From an uncultured bacterium (GTDB lineage Bacteria > Bacillota_I > Bacilli_A > RFN20 > CAG-826): 64,000 nt of DNA. Within the stretch, counting starts at the first letter, position 1. Each line of letters opens with the position of its first letter. Shown here piece after piece: positions 44,824 to 55,211 of the stretch. Where the stretch lies: positions 34,305 to 98,304 of the forward strand of contig CASFQA010000002.1 in assembly GCA_949296775.1 (NCBI GenBank), in the 5' to 3' direction. The notes beneath the pieces are model-generated. The model searched no databases. It was given only the letters and a program-made list of their open reading frames with translations, and had not been told where the DNA came from. A program made the position numbers and the translations under genes.

Positions 44824-46635
44824 ATGGCATATCGAGCACTCTACAACAAGTATCGCCCGCAGACTTTCGAAGAGGTCGCTGGGCAAAAAGCAATCGTTCG
44901 GACGCTTAGCAACGCGATCAAAACCAACAAAATCGCCCACGCCTATCTTTTTTGCGGCCCCCGCGGGACCGGCAAAACCTCGATGGCGAGGCTTTTCGCG
45001 AAGGCGTTGAACTGCGAGGAGGGTTTGGGCCATCAATGCGGCCGCTGCTCTTCTTGCCTAGGGATCGCTTCCGGCACCCACCCCGACGTCATCGAGATCG
45101 ACGCCGCCTCCAACACCTCGGTCGATCAAGTCCGGGACCTCATTTCCCAAGTCCAATACGCCCCGATGAAGGGGAAATATAAAATTTACATCATCGACGA
45201 AGTCCACATGATCTCCAACGCGGCCTTCAACGCTTTGCTGAAAACGCTGGAGGAACCGCCCGACCACGTTATCTTCATCCTCGCCACCACCGAACCGCAG
45301 AAACTGTTGCCGACCATCATCTCCCGTTGCCAACGTTACGATTTCACCAAAATCGAAAGGAAAGAGATGATCGAGAGGGTGAAATACGTCCTTGAGCAGG
45401 AAAACATCGCCTATGAGCAGGCTTCGGTTGAGGAAATCGCTTCCCTTTCCGACGGGGGGATGCGTGATGCCCTCTCACTTCTCGACCAAGCCATCGCTTA
45501 CTGCGGCGACCCCTTAACCGAGGAGGGCATCCGCGATTTATTTGGCCTGGCCTCAAAAAAGGAAACCTTGGAATTGCTCATCGCGACTGCCGAAGGCAAC
45601 GTCTCCGATATATTGGAGCAATTACGCCATTTCGAAAACGCCGGCATCGATGTCACCCGGCTGACCTCAACCTTGCTCTCGATGCTGAAAGATGACTTGG
45701 TGTACCTGAAAACCGGCGACCCCGCCCTCTTATCAACTTTAACGGATGACCAGCCTTCCATCGTCTCGTCATTGATCGATTCGCAAAAAGCCAACGAGAT
45801 GATCGAGGTCCTGCTTAAAGCCCAGCTTGATTTCAAGGCGGTCGCCAACGTTCGGAGTTATTTCGAATTGACCCTGCTCCGAATGGCGAACCTTTCGGTC
45901 GGCCCAACCGTCATTAAGCCCGCCGCCAAGGCGAAAGAAGAAACCGCGGTCGCCAAAGAAGAGCCAGCCCCGGCGCCCGCTCCCGAGCTACCCCCCTCGC
46001 CTAAGCCAATAGAAGAAACCGAGGTCAAGCCGGAAACCCAAGCACTTCCCGAAGAGAAAAAGCCCGTTGTTCCCGAACCCAAACCGGCCGAAGAGGAGGT
46101 TTCAGGCATCTACACCGGGACCACCCCGCCTTCTTTCCTGCTTGAGGAAGAGGAGGAAGAGGAAAAGGCGGTTTTGATCGATAAGAGCAAGCTCTCGTCG
46201 ACCAAGCTCGTAAACGAGGGGACTCCCCTTGAACTCGACGAAAAGACGATAATGGGCATCCTCACTTTGGCCCCGAAATTCAAGCAGGAACGGAAAACCC
46301 TCGTCGGGAAATGGCCGGAGTTAGACGACCTCAAGCTCGACCCCGACTTAGGCGATATCGCCGCCCTCATCTCTTCCGGCGGCCCAATGGCCCTTTGCCA
46401 AGATGTTTTGATCCTCTGCTTTGAGAAAACCCGGGAAAGAAACAAGGCGGTGCTGAAGGAAAACCAAAAGACCATCGCTTCCTTCATCGAGAGCCTGCTC
46501 GGCCGAAAAGTATTCGTTTATGCCCTCGACCGAAAAGAAGCCAGCAAATACGTCACTCTTTACGGAAAGCTCGGGCAAGCCCACGAACTGCCGAGCCCCA
46601 AAGAGGTGGAATTGAGCATTCCCTCAATCGACTGA
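44824..46635 (+). CDS. dnaX: DNA polymerase III subunit gamma/tau
   Basis: Walker A GPRGTGKTS, Zn module CEEGLGHQCGRCSSC, DEVH box, sensor motifs. Pro/Glu-rich linker (PAPAPELPPSPKP...) before the C-terminal tau domains. Confidence 0.9.
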   Translation: MAYRALYNKYRPQTFEEVAGQKAIVRTLSNAIKTNKIAHAYLFCGPRGTGKTSMARLFAKALNCEEGLGHQCGRCSSCLGIASGTHPDVIEIDAASNTSVDQVRDLISQVQYAPMKGKYKIYIIDEVHMISNAAFNALLKTLEEPPDHVIFILATTEPQKLLPTIISRCQRYDFTKIERKEMIERVKYVLEQENIAYEQASVEEIASLSDGGMRDALSLLDQAIAYCGDPLTEEGIRDLFGLASKKETLELLIATAEGNVSDILEQLRHFENAGIDVTRLTSTLLSMLKDDLVYLKTGDPALLSTLTDDQPSIVSSLIDSQKANEMIEVLLKAQLDFKAVANVRSYFELTLLRMANLSVGPTVIKPAAKAKEETAVAKEEPAPAPAPELPPSPKPIEETEVKPETQALPEEKKPVVPEPKPAEEEVSGIYTGTTPPSFLLEEEEEEEKAVLIDKSKLSSTKLVNEGTPLELDEKTIMGILTLAPKFKQERKTLVGKWPELDDLKLDPDLGDIAALISSGGPMALCQDVLILCFEKTRERNKAVLKENQKTIASFIESLLGRKVFVYALDRKEASKYVTLYGKLGQAHELPSPKEVELSIPSID

Positions 46636-46661
46636 TTTCAATTTATAAGGAGAAATAACTT

Positions 46662-46970
46662 ATGGCCATGAACCCCATGCAGCAAATGCTCATGCAAGCG
46701 CAGAAGATGCAACGCGACATGAAGAAAGCGATGGATGCGCTGAACGAAAAGGAATACACCGTCAGCAAGTCCGGGATGGTGGAAATCACCATGAAAGGCG
46801 ATTTCACCGTCACCAAGCTCGACATCGACAAAGACGCCCTCGATCCCGATAACGCGGAGATGCTGACCGAGACTTTGAGCTTGGCCATCGGCGAATGCTT
46901 AAAGCAGATCAACGACGACAAAAACGCGATCGAGGAGAAAATCACCGGGCAAACCGGGTTCCCGTTCTGA
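46662..46970 (+). CDS. ybaB: YbaB/EbfC nucleoid-associated protein
   Basis: MQQMLMQAQKMQRDMKKAMDALNEKEYTVSKSGMVEITMKGD...KITGQTGFPF matches the YbaB family end to end. Conserved position after dnaX. Confidence 0.85.
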   Translation: MAMNPMQQMLMQAQKMQRDMKKAMDALNEKEYTVSKSGMVEITMKGDFTVTKLDIDKDALDPDNAEMLTETLSLAIGECLKQINDDKNAIEEKITGQTGFPF

Positions 46971-47566
46971 TGAAGGAGCTACCGACTTACCAAAGCCTGG
47001 TCGACTCATTCGCCAAATTACCGGGCATCGGAAACAAGACGGCCGAAAGGTTGGCTTTTTCGATATTGGAAATGGAGGCGGAGGACGCAAACCAATTCGC
47101 CACCGCCATCGAAAACGCCAAAGCCAAAGTCCATCCCTGCCCAGTATGCGGCCTCTATACCGAGGAAGAAAGCTGCGACGTTTGCCTTGACCCAACCCGC
47201 GATCACTCAACCTGCATCGTGGTCGCCAAAGCCAAAGACGCCCTCAGCTTTGAAAAACTCAACGACTATCACGGCGTCTACCACGTGCTCGGGGGCTTAC
47301 TATCCCCATCTAAAGGCATCGGCGAAGGCGAGCTTAAAATCGATCGATTGCTCTCCCGAGCCAAAGCCGAAGGGTTTAAGGAGATAATCATCGCCACCAA
47401 CCCGACTTTGGAAGGTGAAACGACGGCCTTATACCTAGCCCGCCTATTGCAGAAAGAAGGGATCGAAGCCTCTAGGCTGGCTTATGGTTTGCCAGTCGGG
47501 GCCAACCTTGATTACGCCGACGCCTTGACCCTTCAACGGGCTTTGAAAGGAAGGAAAAAGCTATGA
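46970..47566 (+). CDS. recR: Recombination protein RecR
   Basis: HhH motif LPGIGNKTAERLAF, C4 zinc finger CPVCGLYTEEESCDVC, Toprim domain. Start ATG at 46970 overlaps the ybaB stop (ATGA). Confidence 0.9.
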   Translation: MKELPTYQSLVDSFAKLPGIGNKTAERLAFSILEMEAEDANQFATAIENAKAKVHPCPVCGLYTEEESCDVCLDPTRDHSTCIVVAKAKDALSFEKLNDYHGVYHVLGGLLSPSKGIGEGELKIDRLLSRAKAEGFKEIIIATNPTLEGETTALYLARLLQKEGIEASRLAYGLPVGANLDYADALTLQRALKGRKKL

Positions 47567-48189
47567 GTTTGTTCGTCAGTTTCGAAGGCGGAGAGGGATG
47601 CGGGAAATCCACTATCCTCAAACGGCTCTCCGGCCGACTGGAAAGCGAGGGGTACCCCATTCTCCTGACCCGTGAACCGGGTGGGACTCCGATCGCCGAG
47701 CAAATCCGCGGCATCATCCTCGACAAGGCCAACACCGATATGGATCCCCGAACCGAGGCTTTGCTTTACGCCGCCAGCCGCCGCCAGCACTTAGTCGAGA
47801 AGATTTGGCCGGCTTTGAAGCAGGGGAAAATCGTCCTCTGCGACCGCTTCCTCGATAGTTCTTTGGCCTATCAAGGGGCCGCCCGGGGCTTAGGCATCGA
47901 TGAGGTCTTGAACATGAATTACTTCGCGACCGAAAAAACCTTCCCCGACCTGACCCTCCTATTCGATTTAAAACCCGAGGTCGGGTTGGAGAGGATCGCC
48001 GAAAACGCCAACCGGGAAGTCAACCGGCTGGATTTGGAGAAACTCTCCTTCCACGCCAAAGTCCGGGAAGCGTTCCATGAGCTAGCGAGGCGTTTCCCGT
48101 CCCGTTACTCAATCATCGACGCCAGCCAGCCGATCGAAGAAGTCGAGAAGGCCGCCTATGAGGCGATAAAGGAAAGGTTAGCCCGTTAA
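47563..48189 (+). CDS. tmk: Thymidylate kinase
   Basis: P-loop FVSFEGGEGCGKST. DRF motif (CDRFLDSSLAYQG). LID region. Confidence 0.9.
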   Translation: MSLFVSFEGGEGCGKSTILKRLSGRLESEGYPILLTREPGGTPIAEQIRGIILDKANTDMDPRTEALLYAASRRQHLVEKIWPALKQGKIVLCDRFLDSSLAYQGAARGLGIDEVLNMNYFATEKTFPDLTLLFDLKPEVGLERIAENANREVNRLDLEKLSFHAKVREAFHELARRFPSRYSIIDASQPIEEVEKAAYEAIKERLAR

Positions 48190-49163
48190 TGCCGTTTGCC
48201 CCTTACGTCTATAAACGCCAACCGGTCTTGGCCCGGATGTTTTCTTTGGCCCTAGCCGCCTCCCATCTTGGCCACGCTTACTTATTGACCGGCGAGGAAG
48301 GGGTCCCATTGAAGCAGACGGCTCTCTTCTTAGCCAAATCCATCCTTTGCCAACACCCCAATCCCTTAGCCGACGAAACCTGTTTGACCTGCACCCGGAT
48401 CGATAACGGGGCCTATGCCGATTTCGTATTCCTCGACGGGGAAGAGGAGACCGTCAAGAAAGAGGCGGTCACCCAAATCGAGGAATCCTTCAGCAAAACC
48501 GCCCTCGAGAAAAAAGGGATAATGGTTTACGTCATCAACTCGGTCGAGAACATGACCCAGGCGGCCGCGAATGCCATCCTGAAATTTTTAGAAGAGCCAA
48601 CCCCCGACACCTACGCCATTCTTACTACGAAAAACAGCGCAAAAGTCCTACCAACCATCGTTTCCCGTTGTCAGGTTTTCCATCTCCGTCTCGCCCCACA
48701 AAACGAGATTAAAGAAGAGGCGGTCGCTTTGGGGGTAAAGGAAGAAGACGCCGAGCTTTTGAGCAATTTCCTTAACGAAGCCAGTTTAATCAAAGACGAA
48801 GCCGCCGATCCGGGCTATCAGTTCGTCAAAGACGCGGTCGTCGATTTCCTCACTTCCTTAACCCGTTCCAGGCAAGCGGCGCGCTTTGCCATCGAGAAAG
48901 CCTCGCTAAGCATTAAGGACAAAGCAAGTTTGCGGAAACTATTCGATTTCGTCTGCCTCTTCCTAAGCGCCGCCGTCGCCTATCGCGACAAAGCGAGCAA
49001 TCCTTTGCCCGCCTATGATAAAATAATCGTTGGCTTAGCGAATAAACTGTCCTCGCCGTCGGAAAAGCTCCTACAAGCCATGACCATGCGGCAGGAAATA
49101 GAAAGCAATATCAACGCCGGCCTCTTGCTCATCCATTTGGCCGAATGCCTCGGGAAGGAATAA
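48189..49163 (+). CDS. holB: DNA polymerase III delta' subunit
   Basis: Degenerate Walker A context (HAYLLTGEEGV), Zn module CLTCTRID, SRC-like motif. Conserved position after tmk. Confidence 0.8.
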   Translation: MPFAPYVYKRQPVLARMFSLALAASHLGHAYLLTGEEGVPLKQTALFLAKSILCQHPNPLADETCLTCTRIDNGAYADFVFLDGEEETVKKEAVTQIEESFSKTALEKKGIMVYVINSVENMTQAAANAILKFLEEPTPDTYAILTTKNSAKVLPTIVSRCQVFHLRLAPQNEIKEEAVALGVKEEDAELLSNFLNEASLIKDEAADPGYQFVKDAVVDFLTSLTRSRQAARFAIEKASLSIKDKASLRKLFDFVCLFLSAAVAYRDKASNPLPAYDKIIVGLANKLSSPSEKLLQAMTMRQEIESNINAGLLLIHLAECLGKE

Positions 49164-49166
49164 CCT

Positions 49167-50282
49167 ATGGAAAATAAAAACGCCTACTATATCGGGGTTC
49201 ACTACCAAAACTCCGAGAAGCCATACTGCTTCTCAACCGAATACGACGATTTCAAGCTCGATGACATGGTGGTGGTCGATACTCCGAACGGAACGGAAAT
49301 CGCCTTCGTCTGCCTTTTGGCAAAGCCCCTATCCGCCTATGGGGGTAAATTAGCCCTCAAGCCGATTTTGCGCAAAGCCACCAAGTCCGACATCAGCAAC
49401 TTCAAATACAACGCCCAGTCGGCTGAGCGGGCCATCGGCATAACCCAAGACGGCATCGCCAAACTCAATCTGCCGATGAACATCATCTCCGGGGTTTATA
49501 ACCTCGAAGGCAACCATATCACCATCACTTATACCACCCCGGAGAAACGGGTCGATTTCCGTGAACTCCTCAAGCTCATCACCCCCCATATCGAAGGGCG
49601 GGTGGAATTACGGCAGATCGCCCCTCGCGACAAAGCCAAGATGATCGGCGGGCTGGGATTATGCGGAATGCCGATTTGCTGCACCACTTTCCTCGAGGCT
49701 TTCGAGGGCATTTCCATTTCAAGGGCCAAAAACCAGATGCTGACGGTCAATATCCCGAAACTTTCGGGGCAATGCGGCAAACTCAAATGCTGTTTAGCCT
49801 TTGAAGACGACACCTACACCATCGAGAAAAAGGATTTTCCCCGGCTCGGCACCATCGTCAAATTCGACGAAGGGGAATACAAGATCGATTCCTTCAATAT
49901 CATCTCCAGGACCGTTCGGCTCGCCAACGCCACCCACGACGATTTCAAGACCTATCCGTTAGAAGACGTCAAAGCCATGATCGACGGAACTTATAAAAAG
50001 AAGGAGACCGTCAAAAACGAAAACGAATTCTCCCTCCCGGATTTCCATATCGCCGAAACCCATACCCGAGACGTCAGTTACGGGGGCATGAATCCCGACA
50101 AGCAAGACAGAACCCATTATCATGACGCCGCCAAAAAGGAAAACGGCAACCGCCACCATAGAAAAAACCACGCCAACCGGGGCGGCGGAAGAAACGACCA
50201 GCAACCCCAAAGCAACTCCCGTCCCCGTCATCACCGCTACCGCGGCCAACGCAATAAAGGGAATAAGCCGGAAAACAAATGA
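49167..50282 (+). CDS. PSP1-domain protein (YaaT/RicT-like) with basic C-terminal tail
   Basis: Conserved position after holB as in B. subtilis yaaT. Cys cluster GLCGMPICC...CGKLKCC typical of the PSP1 C-terminal domain. Arg/His-rich tail. Confidence 0.7.
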   Translation: MENKNAYYIGVHYQNSEKPYCFSTEYDDFKLDDMVVVDTPNGTEIAFVCLLAKPLSAYGGKLALKPILRKATKSDISNFKYNAQSAERAIGITQDGIAKLNLPMNIISGVYNLEGNHITITYTTPEKRVDFRELLKLITPHIEGRVELRQIAPRDKAKMIGGLGLCGMPICCTTFLEAFEGISISRAKNQMLTVNIPKLSGQCGKLKCCLAFEDDTYTIEKKDFPRLGTIVKFDEGEYKIDSFNIISRTVRLANATHDDFKTYPLEDVKAMIDGTYKKKETVKNENEFSLPDFHIAETHTRDVSYGGMNPDKQDRTHYHDAAKKENGNRHHRKNHANRGGGRNDQQPQSNSRPRHHRYRGQRNKGNKPENK

Positions 50283-51142
50283 TCAAGAGGGAGCTGAACT
50301 ACGAAGGACCGAGCCCCTTGCTCTACCTTTTGGCCACCCCAATCGGCAATATGTCGGAAATAAGCCCCCGAACCAAAGCCATCATCGAGGAAAGCGAATA
50401 CATTGCCTGCGAGGACACCCGGAACTCCGGTTTGCTCTTATCGCGTCTAGGGTTCAGCAAAAAGCTTATCAGTTGCCACGAGCATAACGAGGAGGCGGCT
50501 TCATCGCAAATCGTCTCTTTGCTTAAACAAGGGAAAAAGGTCGCCTACATGAGCGATGCTGGTTATCCCGCCATCTCCGACCCCGGATCGCGGTTGGTCG
50601 CCAATTGCTTGAATAACGGCATCAAGGTCTCGACCGTCTCCGGTCCCAACGCCGCGTTAAACGCCTTAGCGGGCTCAGGGCTGGATTCAACCCATTTCTA
50701 CTTCCATGGCTTCCTTTCCTCCAAGCCGAGCGAGCGGGATCAAGAGCTCCAAGAAATCCAATCTCGAAAGGAAACGGTCATCTTTTACGAATCGCCGCAC
50801 CGGATCGGCAAGACGCTAGCCGCCCTCTATGGAGCCCTCGGGGAGAGACCGGCGGTGATCGCCCGCGAATTGACCAAAGCCCACGAGGAGTTTATCCGGG
50901 GCAATCTAAAGGAATTCCTCGCCCTCGACGTCTCAACCCTAAAAGGGGAGATGGTTATCGTCGTCGAAGGGAAAAAAGAAGAAAAAGCCATCGACGAAAA
51001 AGCCATAATCAACCAATTGAAGGCCTATCTAGACTCAGGGATTCGGAGCAAAGAAGCGATCAAAAAGACCGCAGAAACCCTTTCCATTAACAAAAACCAA
51101 GTCTATTCGCTTTATTTATCAGCCTTCAAAAACAATCAATAA
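50279..51142 (+). CDS. rsmI: 16S rRNA (cytidine1402-2'-O)-methyltransferase
   Basis: N-terminal tetrapyrrole-methylase-fold motif LYLLATPIGNMSEIS (the ATPIGN signature of RsmI/YabC). Confidence 0.85.
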   Translation: MIKRELNYEGPSPLLYLLATPIGNMSEISPRTKAIIEESEYIACEDTRNSGLLLSRLGFSKKLISCHEHNEEAASSQIVSLLKQGKKVAYMSDAGYPAISDPGSRLVANCLNNGIKVSTVSGPNAALNALAGSGLDSTHFYFHGFLSSKPSERDQELQEIQSRKETVIFYESPHRIGKTLAALYGALGERPAVIARELTKAHEEFIRGNLKEFLALDVSTLKGEMVIVVEGKKEEKAIDEKAIINQLKAYLDSGIRSKEAIKKTAETLSINKNQVYSLYLSAFKNNQ

Positions 51143-54100
51143 TCGAAGACGGATATCCCAAAACGCCGCCGTCTATTCCGGATATACCCGAACAAGAAAT
51201 AACCGCTGGTAAGGAACAAGGATATCCCGCCTAAGATCAATCCCGTATCCAAGCTGGGGGTGAAATAGGAGAGTTTATAGGAAACGGGTCCTTCGGGAGC
51301 ATAGAAGCCCAGAAGCCCCCCGTTGAGTTTATACATCGGGCAGGAATAAACCGTCCCGTCGGCAAGGGTGGCCTGGCAAGTCCAGCCCTCGTCATAACCC
51401 AGTTGGGTCACGACGATCTCCGGCTCCTCATAATTGGTCTTGAAGGTGTAATGGTTAACGCTTTTCTTAACGTCTTGCAGTCGCGTCTCGTGATTTTGCT
51501 TTTGGATCTCCTCGATGTCATCCCTTTCCATGACGGTGAAAGAAAGGCCATTAAGGGAAACCTTCATTTCTTTGGGCTGACCGTTGCTCGTCTTTTCCGG
51601 GAAAACCAACATGACATGCTTCACCCTTCCGTAGGCATAAACGCCTAGGCAGGAATAAGTCGAGGAGTTCTTGTCGATCCCGGCGACGTTGGTCAATCCT
51701 TTCCCATCATAGCCCAAAACCTGGTTGGTCAAAACGTTCCCCTCTTCGTCAACGCGGTCGCCGACGAGGATAATGCGGGGCATGTAATCATATTCATTGG
51801 CTGAGGAAGAATATGAACCGTTGTAATACTTTATTTCGAAATAAGCCCCGTCCGGATCATCATTGAAATATTCCCTACCCCGAGGCGAGTAAACCAAATG
51901 GTCGGAGCCGGTGGTCACCGAGCCGGAGGAAAAAGAGAAACTATCTTTGGAAGCGTAATGCTCAAGGATGTAGGCGGCTAAGTTCCCGTCCTTAACGTGA
52001 TCGTATCCATAAGTGGCGTCATCAGCCGGCAAAAGGTAATCCCCTTCGTTAGGGGTATAAAGATCGACGATGAAATCGTTGTAGGTCTTGATTCCATAAT
52101 TGGCTTCTAAAGCTGAGCCGGAGGCGGATAAGAGCTTACGATAAGCAAAACCCTCGGGCAAAACGAAATCATCGTCGAAAATGGCGCCTCTAGCCTCGAT
52201 ATAGGCAGTCCGGGCCCGGGTGCCTAATGAGGAGGAAAAATACAGGGGGCTGCTGCCGTTATCGTCCTTGTCGAACTGGACCAGCCAATCCTTATCCACC
52301 GCGTGGCCCAACGAAGGGAGGGCGGATTCCTCCACCCGATAAACCTTGTAGAAGTTCTCGTTCATGGTAAGGCTTGGCATCTCAACCGCCCCAAAGGGCA
52401 CATTGACCCCCGCCCATACGGTTTTGTTCGACCGCCCATTCTCGTTTTGAATAATGTAATAACGGAATCCAAGCGCCGTATCGACCCCCCACCGCTTCGA
52501 CCGGTAGTTCGCGGTCCAGCCGGGATTAAGATATTGCTCACCCCCGTAGGTGTCTTGATAGTACGATCGGCTTTTCATCCCGTTCAGGATGGCGAAATCC
52601 TCGCAGGCGAAGTTCAGCAATGAATGGAAAGAGCTGGCTTCAGGGGTCGCCATGGCGAACTGATAATTGTCGACCCCAGTCGCCGAATCGAAGGCCGCCC
52701 GATAAAAGCCTTTCTCGTATTCACGGATGTTGTCGGCCATCTCTAGGTTTTCCTTTAAAGAGGTCGACCCGCCCATGAAGTAGCTTTGAATCGACCAAGT
52801 GGAAATGAAACAATAAGCCGAATTGCCCATGATGACCGCTTCGACGGCAATCATCATAAGCAGGGCGTGGGGGAGCCATTTCTTCCGATTGGCAAAGAAG
52901 ACAACAAGTCCCTCGATAACGACCAAGACGATCTGATAATACAAATAATAAGCCCGGTTCAAGCCCCGGAAGGAGGTATCGTTCGGCAGAAAATATTCGC
53001 GGATGAAATAGGTAATGCCGTTAACCGAGGTGAAGCTTCGCCCTTCAAGCAACCAGAAAATCGCGAAATAGGTTAGGACCGTTCCGACTAGCGAAATAAC
53101 GCCGCCGGCCAAATAAACGTATTTGGATACGTGCTTCCGCTGATCGAAGGCCCAACAGCCATAAGCGATGATCTCCGGGACCAAAACGAAGAACCAGCGG
53201 CCATAGCCGTTGCCCGAGAAAGCGAAGAAGGCATAGTAAGCAAAAGTCGTGAAGAGCAAAAACACCCCGCCGATAATCGCCAATAAGTGGTCGATTCGGC
53301 GCTTGGAAATCGAAATGAGGACCCCAGCGAAGAAAAGGATGATGAAAGGGGTATAGCAGAATATCGAGGAGGTCCAAGAGTCGTAGACAAAGCTTTCCCC
53401 GACGATAAGCGGCAAGGTCTGGAAGCCCCCAGTTGGGAAGAAAAAGGAAACCAACCCCATGAGCTCACGCCCCGGATTGTCCCCCACTTCCTCAAATAGA
53501 TAGGTAAGGAAGGTTTTGACGTCTAAATCCTTCAAAGACCCCAACAATACCTTCATGTAAGCCGAGCCGATTGAGCTCGCCCGGCCGGTCAAAGTCGATT
53601 GGCGCAAAGACGGCAACAAGGCAAAGGCCCCCAACATCAAGCCCATAGCAAAGCCGGCTACCCCAAGCAGCATCGCCCGGCCTGATTCAAAGGGCTTCCG
53701 CTTTTTTATCGTCGTGAAAAACCGCCATAAGGCATAGATGACGCCCCAAATGCACATCGGGACCAAAAGCATAAAGCAGGAGATCGACAGCAGGAACAAT
53801 CCGATTACCAAATAGCCGATCTTCCCCTCCTCGATCGTTTTCTCGATTCCCAGAAGAATCACGGGGACGTAGGTCAGGGCGCTGACGAAGCTCGGGAAAC
53901 CGACAAAGAAGGAAAAATAACCCGAGAACGCCCAAGCCAAAGCCCCCATTCGCGAAGTCCATTCCTGCCGGCCTAAATAACGAAGATAAGCCCGGGCCGC
54001 CAAACCGGTGATGGTGAGTTTGACAACGGTCATGATGGCAAACATCTGTGGTATCCAAGCCCGCGGGAAGAAAGCTAAGATAACGACGAATGGGTCGAAC

Positions 54101-54450
54101 AACCCATAGTAGGCATTCGAGCCGATATTGTCGTTGCCTATGAAGACGACCGGATCGTAAAGAGGGAATTTCCCGGTGGAAAAGAACGTATTCCAGATTT
54201 GCCAATAATCATAGGCGAAGGGCAAATATTGATGGGAATAATCCCAGTTATAAGCCGAGGAGAAAGAGTTCGATACCAAACCGGCCGCCATCCAAACAAA
54301 CCCGACGACGACAAGGAATAGCCCAAAGTAAAAAAGGCTGTCCCATCGATATAAATAAGGGCAATGGGCATGCAAAAAGGCTTTTAAGTCGAAGCCTTGG
54401 CGGCGCAGGGAAGACAACGAGCCGTTATTATTCGTTGGCTCCGTCTTCAT
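51136..54450 (-). CDS. YfhO-family polytopic membrane protein (1104 aa; predicted glycosyltransferase-type membrane protein)
   Basis: More than 12 TM helices in the N-terminal ~520 aa followed by a large extracytoplasmic domain, the architecture of bacterial YfhO. Confidence 0.5.
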   Translation of the reverse strand: MKTEPTNNNGSLSSLRRQGFDLKAFLHAHCPYLYRWDSLFYFGLFLVVVGFVWMAAGLVSNSFSSAYNWDYSHQYLPFAYDYWQIWNTFFSTGKFPLYDPVVFIGNDNIGSNAYYGLFDPFVVILAFFPRAWIPQMFAIMTVVKLTITGLAARAYLRYLGRQEWTSRMGALAWAFSGYFSFFVGFPSFVSALTYVPVILLGIEKTIEEGKIGYLVIGLFLLSISCFMLLVPMCIWGVIYALWRFFTTIKKRKPFESGRAMLLGVAGFAMGLMLGAFALLPSLRQSTLTGRASSIGSAYMKVLLGSLKDLDVKTFLTYLFEEVGDNPGRELMGLVSFFFPTGGFQTLPLIVGESFVYDSWTSSIFCYTPFIILFFAGVLISISKRRIDHLLAIIGGVFLLFTTFAYYAFFAFSGNGYGRWFFVLVPEIIAYGCWAFDQRKHVSKYVYLAGGVISLVGTVLTYFAIFWLLEGRSFTSVNGITYFIREYFLPNDTSFRGLNRAYYLYYQIVLVVIEGLVVFFANRKKWLPHALLMMIAVEAVIMGNSAYCFISTWSIQSYFMGGSTSLKENLEMADNIREYEKGFYRAAFDSATGVDNYQFAMATPEASSFHSLLNFACEDFAILNGMKSRSYYQDTYGGEQYLNPGWTANYRSKRWGVDTALGFRYYIIQNENGRSNKTVWAGVNVPFGAVEMPSLTMNENFYKVYRVEESALPSLGHAVDKDWLVQFDKDDNGSSPLYFSSSLGTRARTAYIEARGAIFDDDFVLPEGFAYRKLLSASGSALEANYGIKTYNDFIVDLYTPNEGDYLLPADDATYGYDHVKDGNLAAYILEHYASKDSFSFSSGSVTTGSDHLVYSPRGREYFNDDPDGAYFEIKYYNGSYSSSANEYDYMPRIILVGDRVDEEGNVLTNQVLGYDGKGLTNVAGIDKNSSTYSCLGVYAYGRVKHVMLVFPEKTSNGQPKEMKVSLNGLSFTVMERDDIEEIQKQNHETRLQDVKKSVNHYTFKTNYEEPEIVVTQLGYDEGWTCQATLADGTVYSCPMYKLNGGLLGFYAPEGPVSYKLSYFTPSLDTGLILGGISLFLTSGYFLFGYIRNRRRRFGISVFDY

Positions 54451-54796
54451 TATTCTCCTCGATCGGGGCCGTCTCTTGAATGACGTTTTCGCTTAGCCCC
54501 ACCACGTCGGTGACCGGCATCGAGAAAGCGATGCCTTGTCCGTTGGTATTCATCCCGGCTCCGGCGTTGACTTCCTTCAGCACCGCGTCGCGGATGCTTT
54601 CGTCGACCAAAATCAGCACCATTTCCTTTTCAGGGGTGATGACGACGCCAAACAGCTTCTCCATATCCTTATTCCCGGTCCCCCGACCGGTGAGGACGGT
54701 TCCGCCCCTAGCCCCGGCTTTCCGAGCCGATTCCATGACCAAATCGGTAAAACCGTGGTTGACGATGCAGATAACCAGTTCTTTCTTACTTGCCAT
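54428..54796 (-). CDS. P-II-like signal-transduction protein (small trimeric GlnB-fold candidate), paralog 1
   Basis: ELVICIVNHGFTDLVMESARKAGARGGTVLTGRGTG ... GIAFSMPVTDVVGLS aligns with GlnB-fold beta-alpha-beta repeats (K.IEAIIKP..ld.v...L...Gi.GmTvtev.GfG ... GkIFV..V...i). Confidence 0.45.
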   Translation of the reverse strand: MASKKELVICIVNHGFTDLVMESARKAGARGGTVLTGRGTGNKDMEKLFGVVITPEKEMVLILVDESIRDAVLKEVNAGAGMNTNGQGIAFSMPVTDVVGLSENVIQETAPIEENNEDGANE

Positions 54797-55211
54797 TTTT
54801 ATTTAGCTCCTTCATTTCCTTTTTCGCTTGTTTCAGTTCATCGAAACGGGTATTCGAAAGCATTTTATAGGTCGATACCCCCATCAAGGCATCGATGGGG
54901 ACCGCGTAGGCCAACCCCTTGGCCAAAGAGGACACCGAGAAGCGGCTTTCGAGAGCCGAGCGAACCAGCGGCCAACGGTCCTCTTTCACGACCGAGGTCA
55001 CGATGCTCTTTCGGTTGTCGCTCAACCCAAGCATTTCCAAGGCCGAGCCCGGAGCCGTGCCTTTCCCGTGCATGAAGAAGCAAAAATAAGCTTCGTTGTC
55101 CTTAAGGATCTTAGCGATGGCCTCTCCTTGGTTCGCCCCGACGATGACGGTGACGAAAAGCAGCCGATGAAGCTTGTGGTTTTGATCAAAGGGAATTTTG
55201 GCCATTGTCAT
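54786..55211 (-). CDS. P-II-like small protein, paralog 2
   Basis: LLFVTVIVGANQGEAIAKILKDNEAYFCFFMHGKGTAPGS ... LAYAVPIDALMGVS shows the same fold pattern. Translationally coupled to the neighbouring genes. Confidence 0.4.
   Translation of the reverse strand: MTMAKIPFDQNHKLHRLLFVTVIVGANQGEAIAKILKDNEAYFCFFMHGKGTAPGSALEMLGLSDNRKSIVTSVVKEDRWPLVRSALESRFSVSSLAKGLAYAVPIDALMGVSTYKMLSNTRFDELKQAKKEMKELNKNGK

Noticed and set aside
45549-45555. A AAA AAG heptamer in dnaX in the same codon phase as the E. coli dnaX -1 frameshift signal
   Set aside because: It lies at about codon 242, well before the end of domain III. A -1 shift would read about 40 more codons and yield a truncated product lacking the gamma-equivalent domains. 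There is no convincing downstream stem-loop. Lys-Lys AAA AAG after a codon ending in A is expected by chance. Firmicute dnaX is not known to frameshift.
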